Shown here: piece after piece, positions 9,909 to 20,131 of the stretch | Layout of the letters: each line of letters opens with the position of its first letter | Numbering within the stretch: the stretch's first letter is position 1 | Source: Nitrosospira multiformis ATCC 25196 | Lineage (GTDB): Bacteria; Pseudomonadota; Gammaproteobacteria; Burkholderiales; Nitrosomonadaceae | Direction of reading: 5' to 3' | NCBI RefSeq assembly: GCF_000196355.1 | Contig: NC_007614.1 | Coordinates: 2,670,001-2,702,000 of the forward strand | DNA length: 32,000 bases | Program-made: the position numbers and the translations under genes | The notes under the pieces: model-generated | What the model was told of the DNA's origin: nothing | Database searches by the model: none | The model's input: only the letters and a program-made list of their open reading frames with translations

Positions 9909-10880
9909 TCATACCCGAATCTTGATGATGCGCGACATGACGAAGATACCGATCACCATCATCCCCAGTGCCGTTCCCACCATCATCACTCCTATGGGGT
10001 CGGTCCACAATACCGTCAGGAATCCCGGGTTGACGAGATTGATCATCAAGGCAGTAGCAAACGGCAGGCAGGAAAGAATCCAGGCCGACAATCGCCCTTC
10101 GGCCGAAAGCACGCGGATTTTTCCCAGTAACGTCAGACGCGCGCGGATCAATCCGCTGATCTTGTCGAGCAGCTCCGCCAGATTGCCGCCGCTTTCGCGC
10201 TGGATCAGCACGGCGATGACAAAATAGCGCAGGTCGGTGATGGGCACCCGCGTAGCAAGGTTCATGAGCGCGTCCTGCACCGAGACACCGAAATTGATCT
10301 CGTCGAATGTCAGGCGAAATTCGTCGGCAGCCGGCTCGGGTCCGTCGGTGGAAGCCATCTGCAGCGCCCCGGAAAAGGCGTGGCCCGCCTTCAGCGCGCG
10401 CGCCATCAGGTCGATCACTTCCGGCAACTGCCGCTCGATTTTCTCCAGGCGCTTGCGTTTGGCGCTGAGCGTGAAAAACAGGGGCAGCACGCTTCCCGTC
10501 GCCCCGCACAACAGCGTGACCGCAAACGGCAGGCCCAGCAACGCGGCGCACGCCATTCCCCCGAGGGCGGTCATCGCCGTGTAGCCCAGGAAATGGGTCA
10601 CCATCAGGGACATGCCGGATTGCTGCAACAGGCGGTCGAGGCTGTGAATGCGTGGAATCTGCAGCAGGAAGCGCTCCAGCGCCGGCGAATTGCTCAGCAG
10701 CCGCTGCTTCATCAGCCCGGTTTCGGCGTCCCCCCATCCCGCGGAAACCGCCTGCAAACGCTCCTGGATGCGCTTTGCTTCCGGCCCGCGGTGCGCGTGC
10801 CAGGCCAGGTAGCCTCCTTCCAGCAGCAGCACGACCGCAAGGAAGCAGAATATGAGAAACAGATAGTAAAGAATGTCCAT
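9909..10880 (-). CDS. tadB: Tight adherence pilus assembly protein TadB (T2SS GspF family)
   Basis: 323 aa, QLPEVIDLMARALKAGHAFSGALQMASTDGPEPAADEFRLTFDEINFGVSVQDALMNLATRVPITDLRYFVIAVLIQRESGGNLAELLDKIS. Confidence 0.92.
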   Translation of the reverse strand: MDILYYLFLIFCFLAVVLLLEGGYLAWHAHRGPEAKRIQERLQAVSAGWGDAETGLMKQRLLSNSPALERFLLQIPRIHSLDRLLQQSGMSLMVTHFLGYTAMTALGGMACAALLGLPFAVTLLCGATGSVLPLFFTLSAKRKRLEKIERQLPEVIDLMARALKAGHAFSGALQMASTDGPEPAADEFRLTFDEINFGVSVQDALMNLATRVPITDLRYFVIAVLIQRESGGNLAELLDKISGLIRARLTLLGKIRVLSAEGRLSAWILSCLPFATALMINLVNPGFLTVLWTDPIGVMMVGTALGMMVIGIFVMSRIIKIRV

Positions 10881-10897
10881 TCCCGTCTCCTCGCCCC

Positions 10898-12256
<1,359 letters not shown>

Positions 12257-12284
12257 GACTGTCAGTCCATAAAATCGGGGTTAT

Positions 12285-13523
12285 CTAGAATGCAAACAAT
12301 TTCCTGAGCAGGTTTCCCTGGCCGGCGCCCCGGCATAGTTCATGCGCAATCTCCTGCAGCGATTTCGCCACCGGACTGCGGGGAGCGAGCTTGGTCGCGG
12401 GGATGCCCTGATTGACCGAACCAGTAACAACGGCGTAATCGTTCGGCACCACCTTGAATATCTTCAGGTTCAAAGTACTCTCGATGTCATCGAGAGTGAT
12501 ATCGGCATTTTTCTTGTAGCGGTTCACGATCAGCCGTATCTTTTCATCCGGATAGTTCAATGCGGCAAATGCGGCCGACATGCGTCTGGCGTCCCGGATG
12601 GAGGGGAGGGTCTGCTGCAGTACCGGGAAAATCAGATCGGCGCGATCCAGCGCCTGGATCGAAATCGCATCCAGTTCGCGCCCCACATCCAGGATCACGA
12701 AGTCATAATGTTTCATGGCGACCTGGAAGAGCGGATTGATGTGCTCCGACCTTATCTCCGCGGCCTTTTCCGGACTTTCCGGCGCAGCCAGCATGCCGAA
12801 ATTCGGCAATACCTGGATCATGCTCGAGTTGAGGAATGAGCCGTCCAGCCGCTGGATCTGGCGAGCCACATCGGCAATCGAAGTAGCGGGCGGGCCATCC
12901 TGCACGAACAGCGAGGCATCGCCAAACTGCAGGTTGAAATCGAACAAGGCGACCCGCTTGTTTTCCTGCGCGGCCAAGGCATAGGCAATGTTGGTCGCAA
13001 GAAACGTGGCGCCGCTGCCGCCTTTGCAGGGAATGAATGCCAGTACCTTGCACTCGTGCATCGGCATCCGCGACAGCGCAATTCTCTGCTGGAAGCGCTC
13101 GACGGCGTCGATCACCCCGTGGCGGGTCAACGGCGTCGGCAACACTTCGCGAACGCCGGCGCGCATGACTTCGATGAGCAGTTCGGGAGGCTGGGCCGGG
13201 CACAGCATCACCACGCCCACATCGGGAAAACGGGAGGTGACGCGATTGAGTGTCTCCAGTTCCATGGAACTGAAGTATTGCCCCTCCAGCATCAGCAAAT
13301 CAGGCTGTTCCTGCTCCGCCACGGCCGCAACCTGCTGCACCCCCCCGATCAGGCTGATCAGCGGATAGGACTTGTCTGCTTCGGCCAGAAATCTCTGGAT
13401 CGTGCTGGGATATTGCGAGTCTTGCGCGACGACGGCGATCTTCAATTTTTTGCCTTCCCTTGTTTTTTCCTGGTTGAATTTCGTGGCTATCTTTCCTGGC
13501 TGTCTTTCCTGCTGAGTTTTCAT
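12285..13523 (-). CDS. cpaE: Pilus assembly/localisation ATPase TadZ/CpaE. The track ORF to 13979 is over-extended; the true start is probably 13523 or TTG at 13445
   Basis: Receiver-like N-domain (LKIAVVAQDSQYPSTIQRFLAEADKSYPLI) and MinD/ParA-like domain (FIPCKGGSGATFLATNIAYALAAQ...VALFDFNLQFGDASLFV...FVILDVGRELD). AAGGGAAGG lies upstream of the TTG. Confidence 0.85.
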   Translation of the reverse strand: MKTQQERQPGKIATKFNQEKTREGKKLKIAVVAQDSQYPSTIQRFLAEADKSYPLISLIGGVQQVAAVAEQEQPDLLMLEGQYFSSMELETLNRVTSRFPDVGVVMLCPAQPPELLIEVMRAGVREVLPTPLTRHGVIDAVERFQQRIALSRMPMHECKVLAFIPCKGGSGATFLATNIAYALAAQENKRVALFDFNLQFGDASLFVQDGPPATSIADVARQIQRLDGSFLNSSMIQVLPNFGMLAAPESPEKAAEIRSEHINPLFQVAMKHYDFVILDVGRELDAISIQALDRADLIFPVLQQTLPSIRDARRMSAAFAALNYPDEKIRLIVNRYKKNADITLDDIESTLNLKIFKVVPNDYAVVTGSVNQGIPATKLAPRSPVAKSLQEIAHELCRGAGQGNLLRKLFAF

Positions 13524-13534
13524 CATTCTCCCGG

Positions 13535-13996
13535 TCAGCTGCAATCCGGATTGGCCTCGCCCCCGGCATCCATGCCCATGCTTTCGCGCGGGAGGGTCGT
13601 GGCGAAGGGAGGCATGCTGAGATTCAGCGGCACAAACGGGATGAATGTTGAAACATTCAGGCCGGTGATGCTGACGGTAACCGACCGGCATGAACTGGCG
13701 TCGCAGCCGGATGGGTCGTATGAAATCTCGATGGTGCCCGGTGTCAGGATGCTGAGCATGTTGCCCATGCGGGTCTTGATGATGGCCGCATCCTTGGCGC
13801 ACACTACCGCCAGCCTCGCCCCGAGCCGCGTGGCCTCGGTCGCGGTATTCCAGTAGAACAACACGCGGCCCATTTCGATGATCCCGAACAGCAGGATAAA
13901 CAGAAGCGAAGCAATGAGCGCAAATTCGACCGCGGCGGCGCCCCGTTGCCGGAACCGGTTCGCGTGCGACAATCGGCAAGAGCGTCGCGCATTCAT
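13535..13996 (-). CDS. tadE: TadE-like pseudopilin
   Basis: MNARRSCRLSHANRFRQRGAAAVEFALIASLLFILLFGIIEMGRVLFYWNTATEATRLGARLAVV. TGATG overlap with the upstream gene. Confidence 0.88.
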   Translation of the reverse strand: MNARRSCRLSHANRFRQRGAAAVEFALIASLLFILLFGIIEMGRVLFYWNTATEATRLGARLAVVCAKDAAIIKTRMGNMLSILTPGTIEISYDPSGCDASSCRSVTVSITGLNVSTFIPFVPLNLSMPPFATTLPRESMGMDAGGEANPDCS

Positions 13997-14553
13997 CACA
14001 GCTGCCTCATCGTGGCGTGGATATCGCTGAACGGAATGGTGTCCGCGGCGGCGCCAAACAATCGGGCCGGATTGAAGACAAAATTGAAGACATACCCCGT
14101 GATCCTGACCTCGACCAATGTAACCGACGTGCCTGCGGCGGTAGTGGTGGCGCTGGACGCAATCGTCACCATCCCGGTCGTCAGACCGGGCGCCAGAGCC
14201 GGCCCGCTGCAACTGATGTTGCCATGCACCGCCAGGCATCGGGCCTCTTCCAGCACTGGCCCGTAAGAAGCCGGGTCTGCAGGATTGTGGTGCGACAGCA
14301 GGCGCGCCGCATCGCGCACCGTCTTGACGAGCGTGTTGTACTGGTACAGCGCGCGGCCGTATTCGGCGATGCCGAACGCCAGCAGCAGCAGGGGAACCAG
14401 CAGCAGGGCGAACTCCACTGCAACAGCGCCGCGCATCTCCCTCAGTTTCGTTCCTTGCTTCGTTCCCCTGCCGGGGCGCGGAAATGCCCGCCCGTTGTAT
14501 ATGCTTCTGTCGTATTCCTGCTTATCCAGAGTGGTCATCACAGTAATCCTCAT
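13996..14553 (-). CDS. Second TadE/TadF-like pseudopilin. The track ORF to 15180 is over-extended
   Basis: LREMRGAVAVEFALLLVPLLLLAFGIAEYGRALYQYNTLVKTVRDAARLLS. ATGA overlap with the tadG stop at 14550-14552. Confidence 0.85.
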   Translation of the reverse strand: MRITVMTTLDKQEYDRSIYNGRAFPRPGRGTKQGTKLREMRGAVAVEFALLLVPLLLLAFGIAEYGRALYQYNTLVKTVRDAARLLSHHNPADPASYGPVLEEARCLAVHGNISCSGPALAPGLTTGMVTIASSATTTAAGTSVTLVEVRITGYVFNFVFNPARLFGAAADTIPFSDIHATMRQL

Positions 14554-15863
14554 CGCACCAGCACCGGGACGAGGGGTCCGCCGGCGGCGGGCCCGCCGGG
14601 TACGCCGGAACTCGCGCAGGGGCTGCCCTCGTCGTCCGACCGCCCGAGGTATTCGAGATACATGCGAGTTGCGCCGGTTCCGGTACCTCCCGCGTTGGTA
14701 TTGATCGGATGCAGCATCAGGATGCAGGCCCATGACTGCACGGGCGCCACTGTGGAACCGCCAGTAAAACCGCTGCAGTCGAGCACAGCGGCAGTCGCGA
14801 GCCGGCGGTCTCCGCCGCGTGCTTGGAGGGTGGCCGAGTTGATGACCGTTCCATTCGTGCGCAACCCGGTAGTGGTGTCCCCCTGGTAGGGCGCATACAC
14901 CGCCCGTTTGCTCCTGAAATCGGCAAACGCATTGAATTTGGAAGGCCAGCTTCCCGCGGCATCGGTATAGGCGCGACCGGTGTAGTCCGGCACCGATTCC
15001 CCCTGCTTGACGCTCCCCTGGTAGATGCCAAAACGGCTGTTCCAGTGGGCTCCGAGCGAAGACATGACGCCCGCTTCGCCGACCTCGGTCCCCAGGGCGG
15101 GGAGATTGCACACACCCGGACCCGTCAGGATGCCCCCCAGTTCGGACGCCCCGCCGCCGGGCGGCGTGTAATCCACCCACATGAAATTTCCCGTCAGATT
15201 GCCATTTCCGCCGCCTGATTTACCGGGACCTATCACGCTCTGCAGCCAGGTACCCCTCGGTGTCGCGGGCGTGATCGCGCTGCTGCAGATGCCTACCGGA
15301 ATGGCGCAAGAGGTAACCTGAGAGGGTGTGCGGGTGGCCACTGCGGTGGCCGCCACTGCCTGGTTGCCGATCGTCACTCCCGGCAGAAGGTTGAGCACCT
15401 GAATGAACCAGTTGGCAATTCCGGTTCGTTGCACCGTGCAGCGCGCGTACTGCATGAGCACGGCTTCCGCCGGACCGATTGCGGCCTTGGCCTGGTAGAC
15501 ACCGTTGAGTGTCTGGCTGAATGTCACGCTGTCGTCAACGCCCAAGGCAATCATCTCATCCTGGAAGAGGACATCGTGGCGCATGCCTGCGGTCATTCCC
15601 GCCGCTTCGGCCAGGACGAGTTGATTGGTATTCGCCCCGTTGAGCTCCCGTGCTGCCGCCAATGCGCAGGCATCGGCGCTGTTCTGCAGCTCCGACTTGG
15701 CTACGTAGAGCTTGCCCAGATCCAGTGCCAGGCCGGCAAAACCCACCAGGACGACCAGCGACAGGGCCACGATGATGGCGACCACGCCCTTTTCCTGGCG
15801 GCAGCCCGGATGGTTCCGGTTTCTCCGTAACCTGTCTGAAACCCGTTTCATGGCCTTGTCCAT
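14550..15863 (-). CDS. tadG: TadG-like pilus assembly protein
   Basis: RQEKGVVAIIVALSLVVLVGFAGLALDLGKLYVAKSELQNSADACALAAARELNG, typical Tad_N helix (DUF2134-like family). Confidence 0.88.
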   Translation of the reverse strand: MDKAMKRVSDRLRRNRNHPGCRQEKGVVAIIVALSLVVLVGFAGLALDLGKLYVAKSELQNSADACALAAARELNGANTNQLVLAEAAGMTAGMRHDVLFQDEMIALGVDDSVTFSQTLNGVYQAKAAIGPAEAVLMQYARCTVQRTGIANWFIQVLNLLPGVTIGNQAVAATAVATRTPSQVTSCAIPVGICSSAITPATPRGTWLQSVIGPGKSGGGNGNLTGNFMWVDYTPPGGGASELGGILTGPGVCNLPALGTEVGEAGVMSSLGAHWNSRFGIYQGSVKQGESVPDYTGRAYTDAAGSWPSKFNAFADFRSKRAVYAPYQGDTTTGLRTNGTVINSATLQARGGDRRLATAAVLDCSGFTGGSTVAPVQSWACILMLHPINTNAGGTGTGATRMYLEYLGRSDDEGSPCASSGVPGGPAAGGPLVPVLVR

Positions 15864-15916
15864 TATCTACTGTCGCACTGTCCTGACTTCAAACGCGCTC
15901 GCCCCGGCGAATGACA

Positions 15917-16306
15917 TTACCTGCCGTACATTCCGCCGCCACCCCCGCCGCCGCTTCCGGCCCTGCCGCTGCCAACGTTTACCACGCCGCCTGACAAGGC
16001 CGGCCGCGGATTCACGTACGATTCACGGTAGCTGTCCACCGCAGCGTCGCCGGCCTGCCCGTCGATTCCCCTGACTGGAGCGTTATCGTGGGAGGCATTG
16101 GGATTGGCGATCTGCTGGGTCCGGGCGATGTTCACGGCAATGCCGGACTGCGCGTCCAGCCGGGGGGTGGCAGGTATACATCCCGCCAGCGTGAGAGTGG
16201 CGATCACAACGGCTGCCAGAACGATTGCCCTGCCGGGGCGCAAGCTGGCTGGAGTGGCGGTTATCAGGTTTGTGTGCATGCTGGGTGCGTCCTCATCGTT
16301 TCTCAT
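15917..16306 (-). CDS. Small lipoprotein with Gly-rich C-terminus in the tad cluster
   Basis: Signal peptide and lipobox IATLTLAGC, C-terminal GSGRAGSGGGGGGGMYGR. Lies between rcpA and tadG. Confidence 0.65.
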   Translation of the reverse strand: MRNDEDAPSMHTNLITATPASLRPGRAIVLAAVVIATLTLAGCIPATPRLDAQSGIAVNIARTQQIANPNASHDNAPVRGIDGQAGDAAVDSYRESYVNPRPALSGGVVNVGSGRAGSGGGGGGGMYGR

Positions 16307-16313
16307 TTCATCC

Positions 16314-18038
16314 TCATTTCATCTCGAACCCGGCATCACGCCCGGGCTGGGGCTGTGGTTGGCCCTGTGGTTGGCCCTGTGGTTGGCCCGATAGTTGCCC
16401 CGAGGGTGGATACTGCGGAGGGTATTCCGATGCCGGCATGCCCTTGGGCAGCAGGCCCGTCGGCGAGCCTTCCATCCTCCCGTCGAACAGGAAGTCCGGT
16501 CGGTCAGGCTGGACGAAAGCATCGGTCGGCAGAGCGTAATCGGGTTGCAGCGGTTTGATCAGGCGCGGCGTCACCACCACCATGAGCTCGGTCTTGTCTT
16601 TCTGGAAATCGCTGCTGCGGAACAGGGCGCCGAGTATCGGAATCTCTCCCAGCACCGGGAAGCGCTTGATCGTTTCCTTGATGTTGTCCTGCAGCAGGCC
16701 GCCGATGGCCAGTGACTGGCCGTCGCGCAGCTGCACCGTGGTGGATACGCGCCGCGTCGTGAAGGTGGGTACAGCCAGCACTCCCCCAAGCCCGGTAGTG
16801 GCGATGGTGTCGAACTTGACCAGTTCCGTCACTTCCGGCGACACCACCAGATTGATGCGGCCCTCCTCCAGCACGGTGGGGGTGAACCGCAGGCCCACGC
16901 CGAACTGCCGGGACTGAAGGGTGATCACACCCGCGTATTGGGGAATGGGGATCATGACTTCCCCACCCACCAGGAAGCTCGCTTCCTGGCCGCTGATCGC
17001 CACGATGTTGGGTTCGGCCAGGATGTGGAAGAGTTCGTCCTTTTTCTCGGCATCGATCAGGAAAGCGTCGCCGATCTCGGGGGTGCCCCTTGACTGGAAC
17101 AGCATGCCGGGCGCGCCGCCAATGATACCGGTCATGATCTGCGTCCAGGCGCTCCCGGCTTTTCTGGCCGCTCTCTGGAAATCGAAACCGAGCCTTTCCG
17201 CGACCTTGCGGTTGATCTCCGCCACCTTCACTTCGAGCATCACCTGCTGGTTGCTGCCCACCTGCAACAGATTGACCACCTGGACGCTGCCCAGCCCCTG
17301 GCCGGCGCCCTTGGGTTCGTCTCCTCCGCCCTGCCCGCCGGACGCGTCCCCGCCCTGCTTTCCGCCACGCTGCCCGCCTTGGCCCCCTGCCGCGGCGCGC
17401 ACATAAGCATCCGCCAGCGCCACTGCCCGATCCGCTTTCAGCGTATCGGATACCGTGCCGGAGAGGACCAGCGAATCCCCCGCCGCAGTCACCTTGATGT
17501 CGGTTTCACCCGGCATGAGTTCCCGCAGCTTGGCTTGCAGGGCCGCTGCATCCAGGATGACAGTGACATTGATGACGGCAGTCTGGCTACTTCCCGCTAG
17601 TCCGCCGCGGGTCCACAGAATGACGTTGGTCGTCCCGATCGACTTGCCCAGCACGTAGATTTCGCCCGGACTGATCAGCGTCACATCGGCCACGTCCGGA
17701 TTGCCTACCGATATCCGCGTGACCGGGGCCGGCAGCCTGAGCAGGGCCGATTTGCCATAGGTCACATCCATGTCGGAGGCTGCGAGCAACCCTTCCACTG
17801 GCCCTGCCGGCTTCGCCGCGGCAACCATCGGCCGGCCCATCGCTTGACCCGCCGCGGTCTGATTCGCCGCGGAAAGCTCGCCACTCAGTCCCAGCGTTAT
17901 CCCCAGCAGCACCGTGATCAGCGCCGCCCGCACGGGTGGGCGGGCAAAAGCGGGGGTTCGACGGAAAGCGACGACATCTGACGTAGTCATGGGCATCGGG
18001 ATGACAGAAAATCTGTTCAGGGAGAGCTGCGACTTCAT
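16314..18038 (-). CDS. rcpA: Secretin RcpA/CpaC (type II/III secretion system protein family)
   Basis: VLPAPVTRISVGNPDVADVTLISPGEIYVLGKSIGTTNVILW; EVKVAEINRKVAERLGFDF; RRVSTTVQLRDGQSLAIGGLLQDNIKETIKRFPVLGEIPILGALFRSSDFQKDKTELMVVVTPRLI. Confidence 0.95.
   Translation of the reverse strand: MKSQLSLNRFSVIPMPMTTSDVVAFRRTPAFARPPVRAALITVLLGITLGLSGELSAANQTAAGQAMGRPMVAAAKPAGPVEGLLAASDMDVTYGKSALLRLPAPVTRISVGNPDVADVTLISPGEIYVLGKSIGTTNVILWTRGGLAGSSQTAVINVTVILDAAALQAKLRELMPGETDIKVTAAGDSLVLSGTVSDTLKADRAVALADAYVRAAAGGQGGQRGGKQGGDASGGQGGGDEPKGAGQGLGSVQVVNLLQVGSNQQVMLEVKVAEINRKVAERLGFDFQRAARKAGSAWTQIMTGIIGGAPGMLFQSRGTPEIGDAFLIDAEKKDELFHILAEPNIVAISGQEASFLVGGEVMIPIPQYAGVITLQSRQFGVGLRFTPTVLEEGRINLVVSPEVTELVKFDTIATTGLGGVLAVPTFTTRRVSTTVQLRDGQSLAIGGLLQDNIKETIKRFPVLGEIPILGALFRSSDFQKDKTELMVVVTPRLIKPLQPDYALPTDAFVQPDRPDFLFDGRMEGSPTGLLPKGMPASEYPPQYPPSGQLSGQPQGQPQGQPQPQPGRDAGFEMK
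16354..16389. repeat. 12-bp tandem repeat x3 (TGTGGTTGGCCC) inside the rcpA 3' end
   Basis: Three exact consecutive copies, encoding Gln/Gly/Pro repeats (QGQPQGQPQGQPQPQP region). Confidence 0.95.
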
Positions 18039-18844
18039 CGGGTTTCCTTTTCCACGGGTTTTGCTTCAGTTCTTTCAATGCCACGGATGATTTCCACGCC
18101 GGCCCTGGGGGTGGCCACCGGAGTACGCCGGACAGGGGCTGGAGCGGGCTCGGAATGCAGTTTCAGCAGATCCCGGGTGCGCACTCCCGCAGTGGTGCCG
18201 GGGCTCTTGTCGATCTGGTTGCGCAGCACCAGCGACAGGGTGCCGATGCTGCGCGCGAGGTCGAGTTTTTCCGCTTCCTGCGGCGTCACTTCCAGCGTCA
18301 CGGCGGTGACCGCCTTAGGCTTGGTTTCATCCCGGCCCAGGTCCTGTCCCACTGCCAGCACAAGAATGCGCTCCAGCACGATCTTGGAAATGGGCTTGTC
18401 GTTTTCATCCTTGGCGTTGACCAGGATATCCACGTTGTTGCCGGGCAGCGCGAATCCGGCGAGGCCGACGATCTCGTTGACTTTCACCGTGATGGCGCGC
18501 TTGCCTTCGGCAATCACGCCCGACAATCCTCCCGCAGCCCCCTGCGGCGCCAGCTTGGCTTCCAGCAGGGGCTCGCCGCGGACCAGGTTGACCTTGACCA
18601 CGCGTGTATCCAGCAGCTTTGCGTCCTGAAAGGACCCCTCCGGCACCGTTGCGCGCGGCCAGTCTGACGGCTGCAGCATATCCGGCGTCAGCCGGGTGCC
18701 GACGTCGATATCGCGCGAAGCAACGATCACGGTGGCGGCATCCACGCTCGCGCGGTCGATGATCCACCTGCCGGCGACCACTACCGCGGCCAATCCCAGC
18801 AGCAGCGAGATCACGATCATCCATATCGCCCTCACGTTCTTCAT
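18035..18844 (-). CDS. rcpC: Flp pilus assembly protein RcpC/CpaB
   Basis: MKNVRAIWMIVISLLLGLAAVVVAGRWI...ASRDIDVGTRLTPDMLQPSDWPRATVPEGSF, SAF domain. ATGA overlap with rcpA. Confidence 0.93.
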   Translation of the reverse strand: MKNVRAIWMIVISLLLGLAAVVVAGRWIIDRASVDAATVIVASRDIDVGTRLTPDMLQPSDWPRATVPEGSFQDAKLLDTRVVKVNLVRGEPLLEAKLAPQGAAGGLSGVIAEGKRAITVKVNEIVGLAGFALPGNNVDILVNAKDENDKPISKIVLERILVLAVGQDLGRDETKPKAVTAVTLEVTPQEAEKLDLARSIGTLSLVLRNQIDKSPGTTAGVRTRDLLKLHSEPAPAPVRRTPVATPRAGVEIIRGIERTEAKPVEKETR

Positions 18845-18993
18845 TCAGTCATTTCCTTTTAGCTGACTTTCGCTGATAATCATTTCCGGGATCACCCAAG
18901 CTGCCTTCTCGTGATCCAGTCGCTCGATTCATTGATTCTCATATATGCAGATACCGACGCTCCGATAGCCCGCAAACCCATCAGAGCGCTCTT

Positions 18994-19045
18994 ATACTTT
19001 CGCCCTGTACTTCGATTTGGTACTTTCGCTTTTGTACCTTGTACC
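18994..19045. promoter_or_regulatory. GTAC-rich iteron-like cluster upstream of rcpC (putative)
   Basis: GTAC at 19041, 19034, 19020 and 19007, plus GTAT (plus-strand ATAC) at 18994: spacings 7, 14, 13, 13. Includes the 7-bp tandem TTGTACCTTGTACC (19032-19045). Confidence 0.45.
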
Positions 19046-19091
19046 TGTATTCCCGCATGCTCATCTGGCATACGTTTGTCAGTTCAGTTTT

Positions 19092-19688
19092 TCAGTTCCA
19101 GCGGACAATGGCGAGGTACGCCATCGTGCCGGCGGCGATGGCCACGCCATAGGGCAATGTGCCTGTGGATTCCGCGGCGGATTTTGTGTCAGATTCCGCG
19201 GCGGCGCCCCCGACAGCTTCACCGGGTTTTCCGCTCGCGGGCAGGCCCATCATTGTCGCGCCGGCGAGTGCTCCCAGCAGCATGACGTTTAGATTGCGCC
19301 ACAGCAGGTGCAGCTTGCCTTCAAGCAAAGCAGCCGCCAGCGCCAGTACTCCGCCTGCCAGCAGGACGCACACCAGCGCGCCGACAGTTTCCTGCGCTCC
19401 GAGAAAGGCGCCAACCATGGCCATGAGCTTCACGTCGCCTGCGCCCATGGCTCGCAACAGGTAGAGCGGCAGCAGCAGCGCCAGACCCGTACCCAGTCCC
19501 GCCAGGGAGCCAAGGACACCCAGCCCGCCTGCTTCCTGCGGCAGCAGGGCATGCAGCAGCACGCCGATGATCGCACCCGGAAAAACCAGGGAGTTCGGTA
19601 TGCGACGGCTGCGGATATCACTCCAGGCTGCTGCCAGCAACAGCAGCAGCAAAAATCCGATACTTAATGAATGCATGTGTTGATTCAC
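19092..19688 (-). CDS. cpaA: Prepilin peptidase TadV/CpaA (A24 family)
   Basis: SDIRSRRIPNSLVFPGAIIGVLLHALLP...LYLLRAMGAGDVKLMAMVGAFLG, both catalytic Asp motifs of A24 leader peptidases. Confidence 0.92.
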   Translation of the reverse strand: MNQHMHSLSIGFLLLLLLAAAWSDIRSRRIPNSLVFPGAIIGVLLHALLPQEAGGLGVLGSLAGLGTGLALLLPLYLLRAMGAGDVKLMAMVGAFLGAQETVGALVCVLLAGGVLALAAALLEGKLHLLWRNLNVMLLGALAGATMMGLPASGKPGEAVGGAAAESDTKSAAESTGTLPYGVAIAAGTMAYLAIVRWN

Positions 19689-19812
19689 GTTTGTTTAACT
19701 GCTTTCAACTATTGACCGCCCGGCACTGTGCCGGGCAGTACTTGAACTTCAATTGCAACTGCGCGAAGTTGCCAAGATAGCGGCTACTCGGCATTCTTAT
19801 TGAAGTTTTCTT

Positions 19813-19995
19813 TTAGATCGCGCCTGAAAGCGCAGTGCTAATAGCCCCGAATACCAGGTTCAAATCCGTACCAACTTGTCGGACCGCAGTAATGATCGCT
19901 ACTGCGATCAGGGCGGCGATCAAAGCATATTCAATAGCGGTCACGCCTTCTTCGTCGTTCAGGAACTGTTTCATGCCTTGCGCGATTTTGTTCAT
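19813..19995 (-). CDS. flp: Flp family type IVb pilin
   Basis: 60 aa, MKQFLNDEEGVTAIEYALIAALIAVAIITAVRQVGTDLNLVFGAISTAL. RBS AGAGGAAA. Confidence 0.95.
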   Translation of the reverse strand: MNKIAQGMKQFLNDEEGVTAIEYALIAALIAVAIITAVRQVGTDLNLVFGAISTALSGAI

Positions 19996-20095
19996 AATGT
20001 TTCCTCTTGTTTAGGTCATCAATAAAATCCGCCGGAACGTGGCGGAGGTTTTTCTCTGTACTGCGGGTGCCATTTTGCAAGTCGTCAGGTGCCCA

Positions 20096-20131
20096 GTCCA
20101 TCGTACTGAAGTACACCTTGTACCAAGGTAC
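20096..20131. promoter_or_regulatory. Dyad-rich GTAC element upstream of flp (putative operator/promoter)
   Basis: GTAC at 20103, 20111, 20120 and 20128. Contains GTACT-TC-AGTAC (minus strand) and TGTACC-AA-GGTACA (6-2-6). Lies about 100 bp upstream of the flp start. Confidence 0.5.

Noticed and set aside
13524-13979. N-terminal extension of the 564-aa cpaE ORF
   Set aside because: The extension overlaps tadE in another frame and has Arg/His-rich composition. The receiver-like domain begins only around 13445.
14554-15180. N-terminal part of the 394-aa ORF upstream of the second TadE-like protein
   Set aside because: Alternate frame of tadG. A coupled ATG at 14553 gives a typical pseudopilin.
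20058-20090. Possible sigma-54 promoter before flp (TGGCAC on the minus strand)
   Set aside because: TGGCAC is present but no TTGC box lies at the required 5-nt spacing.
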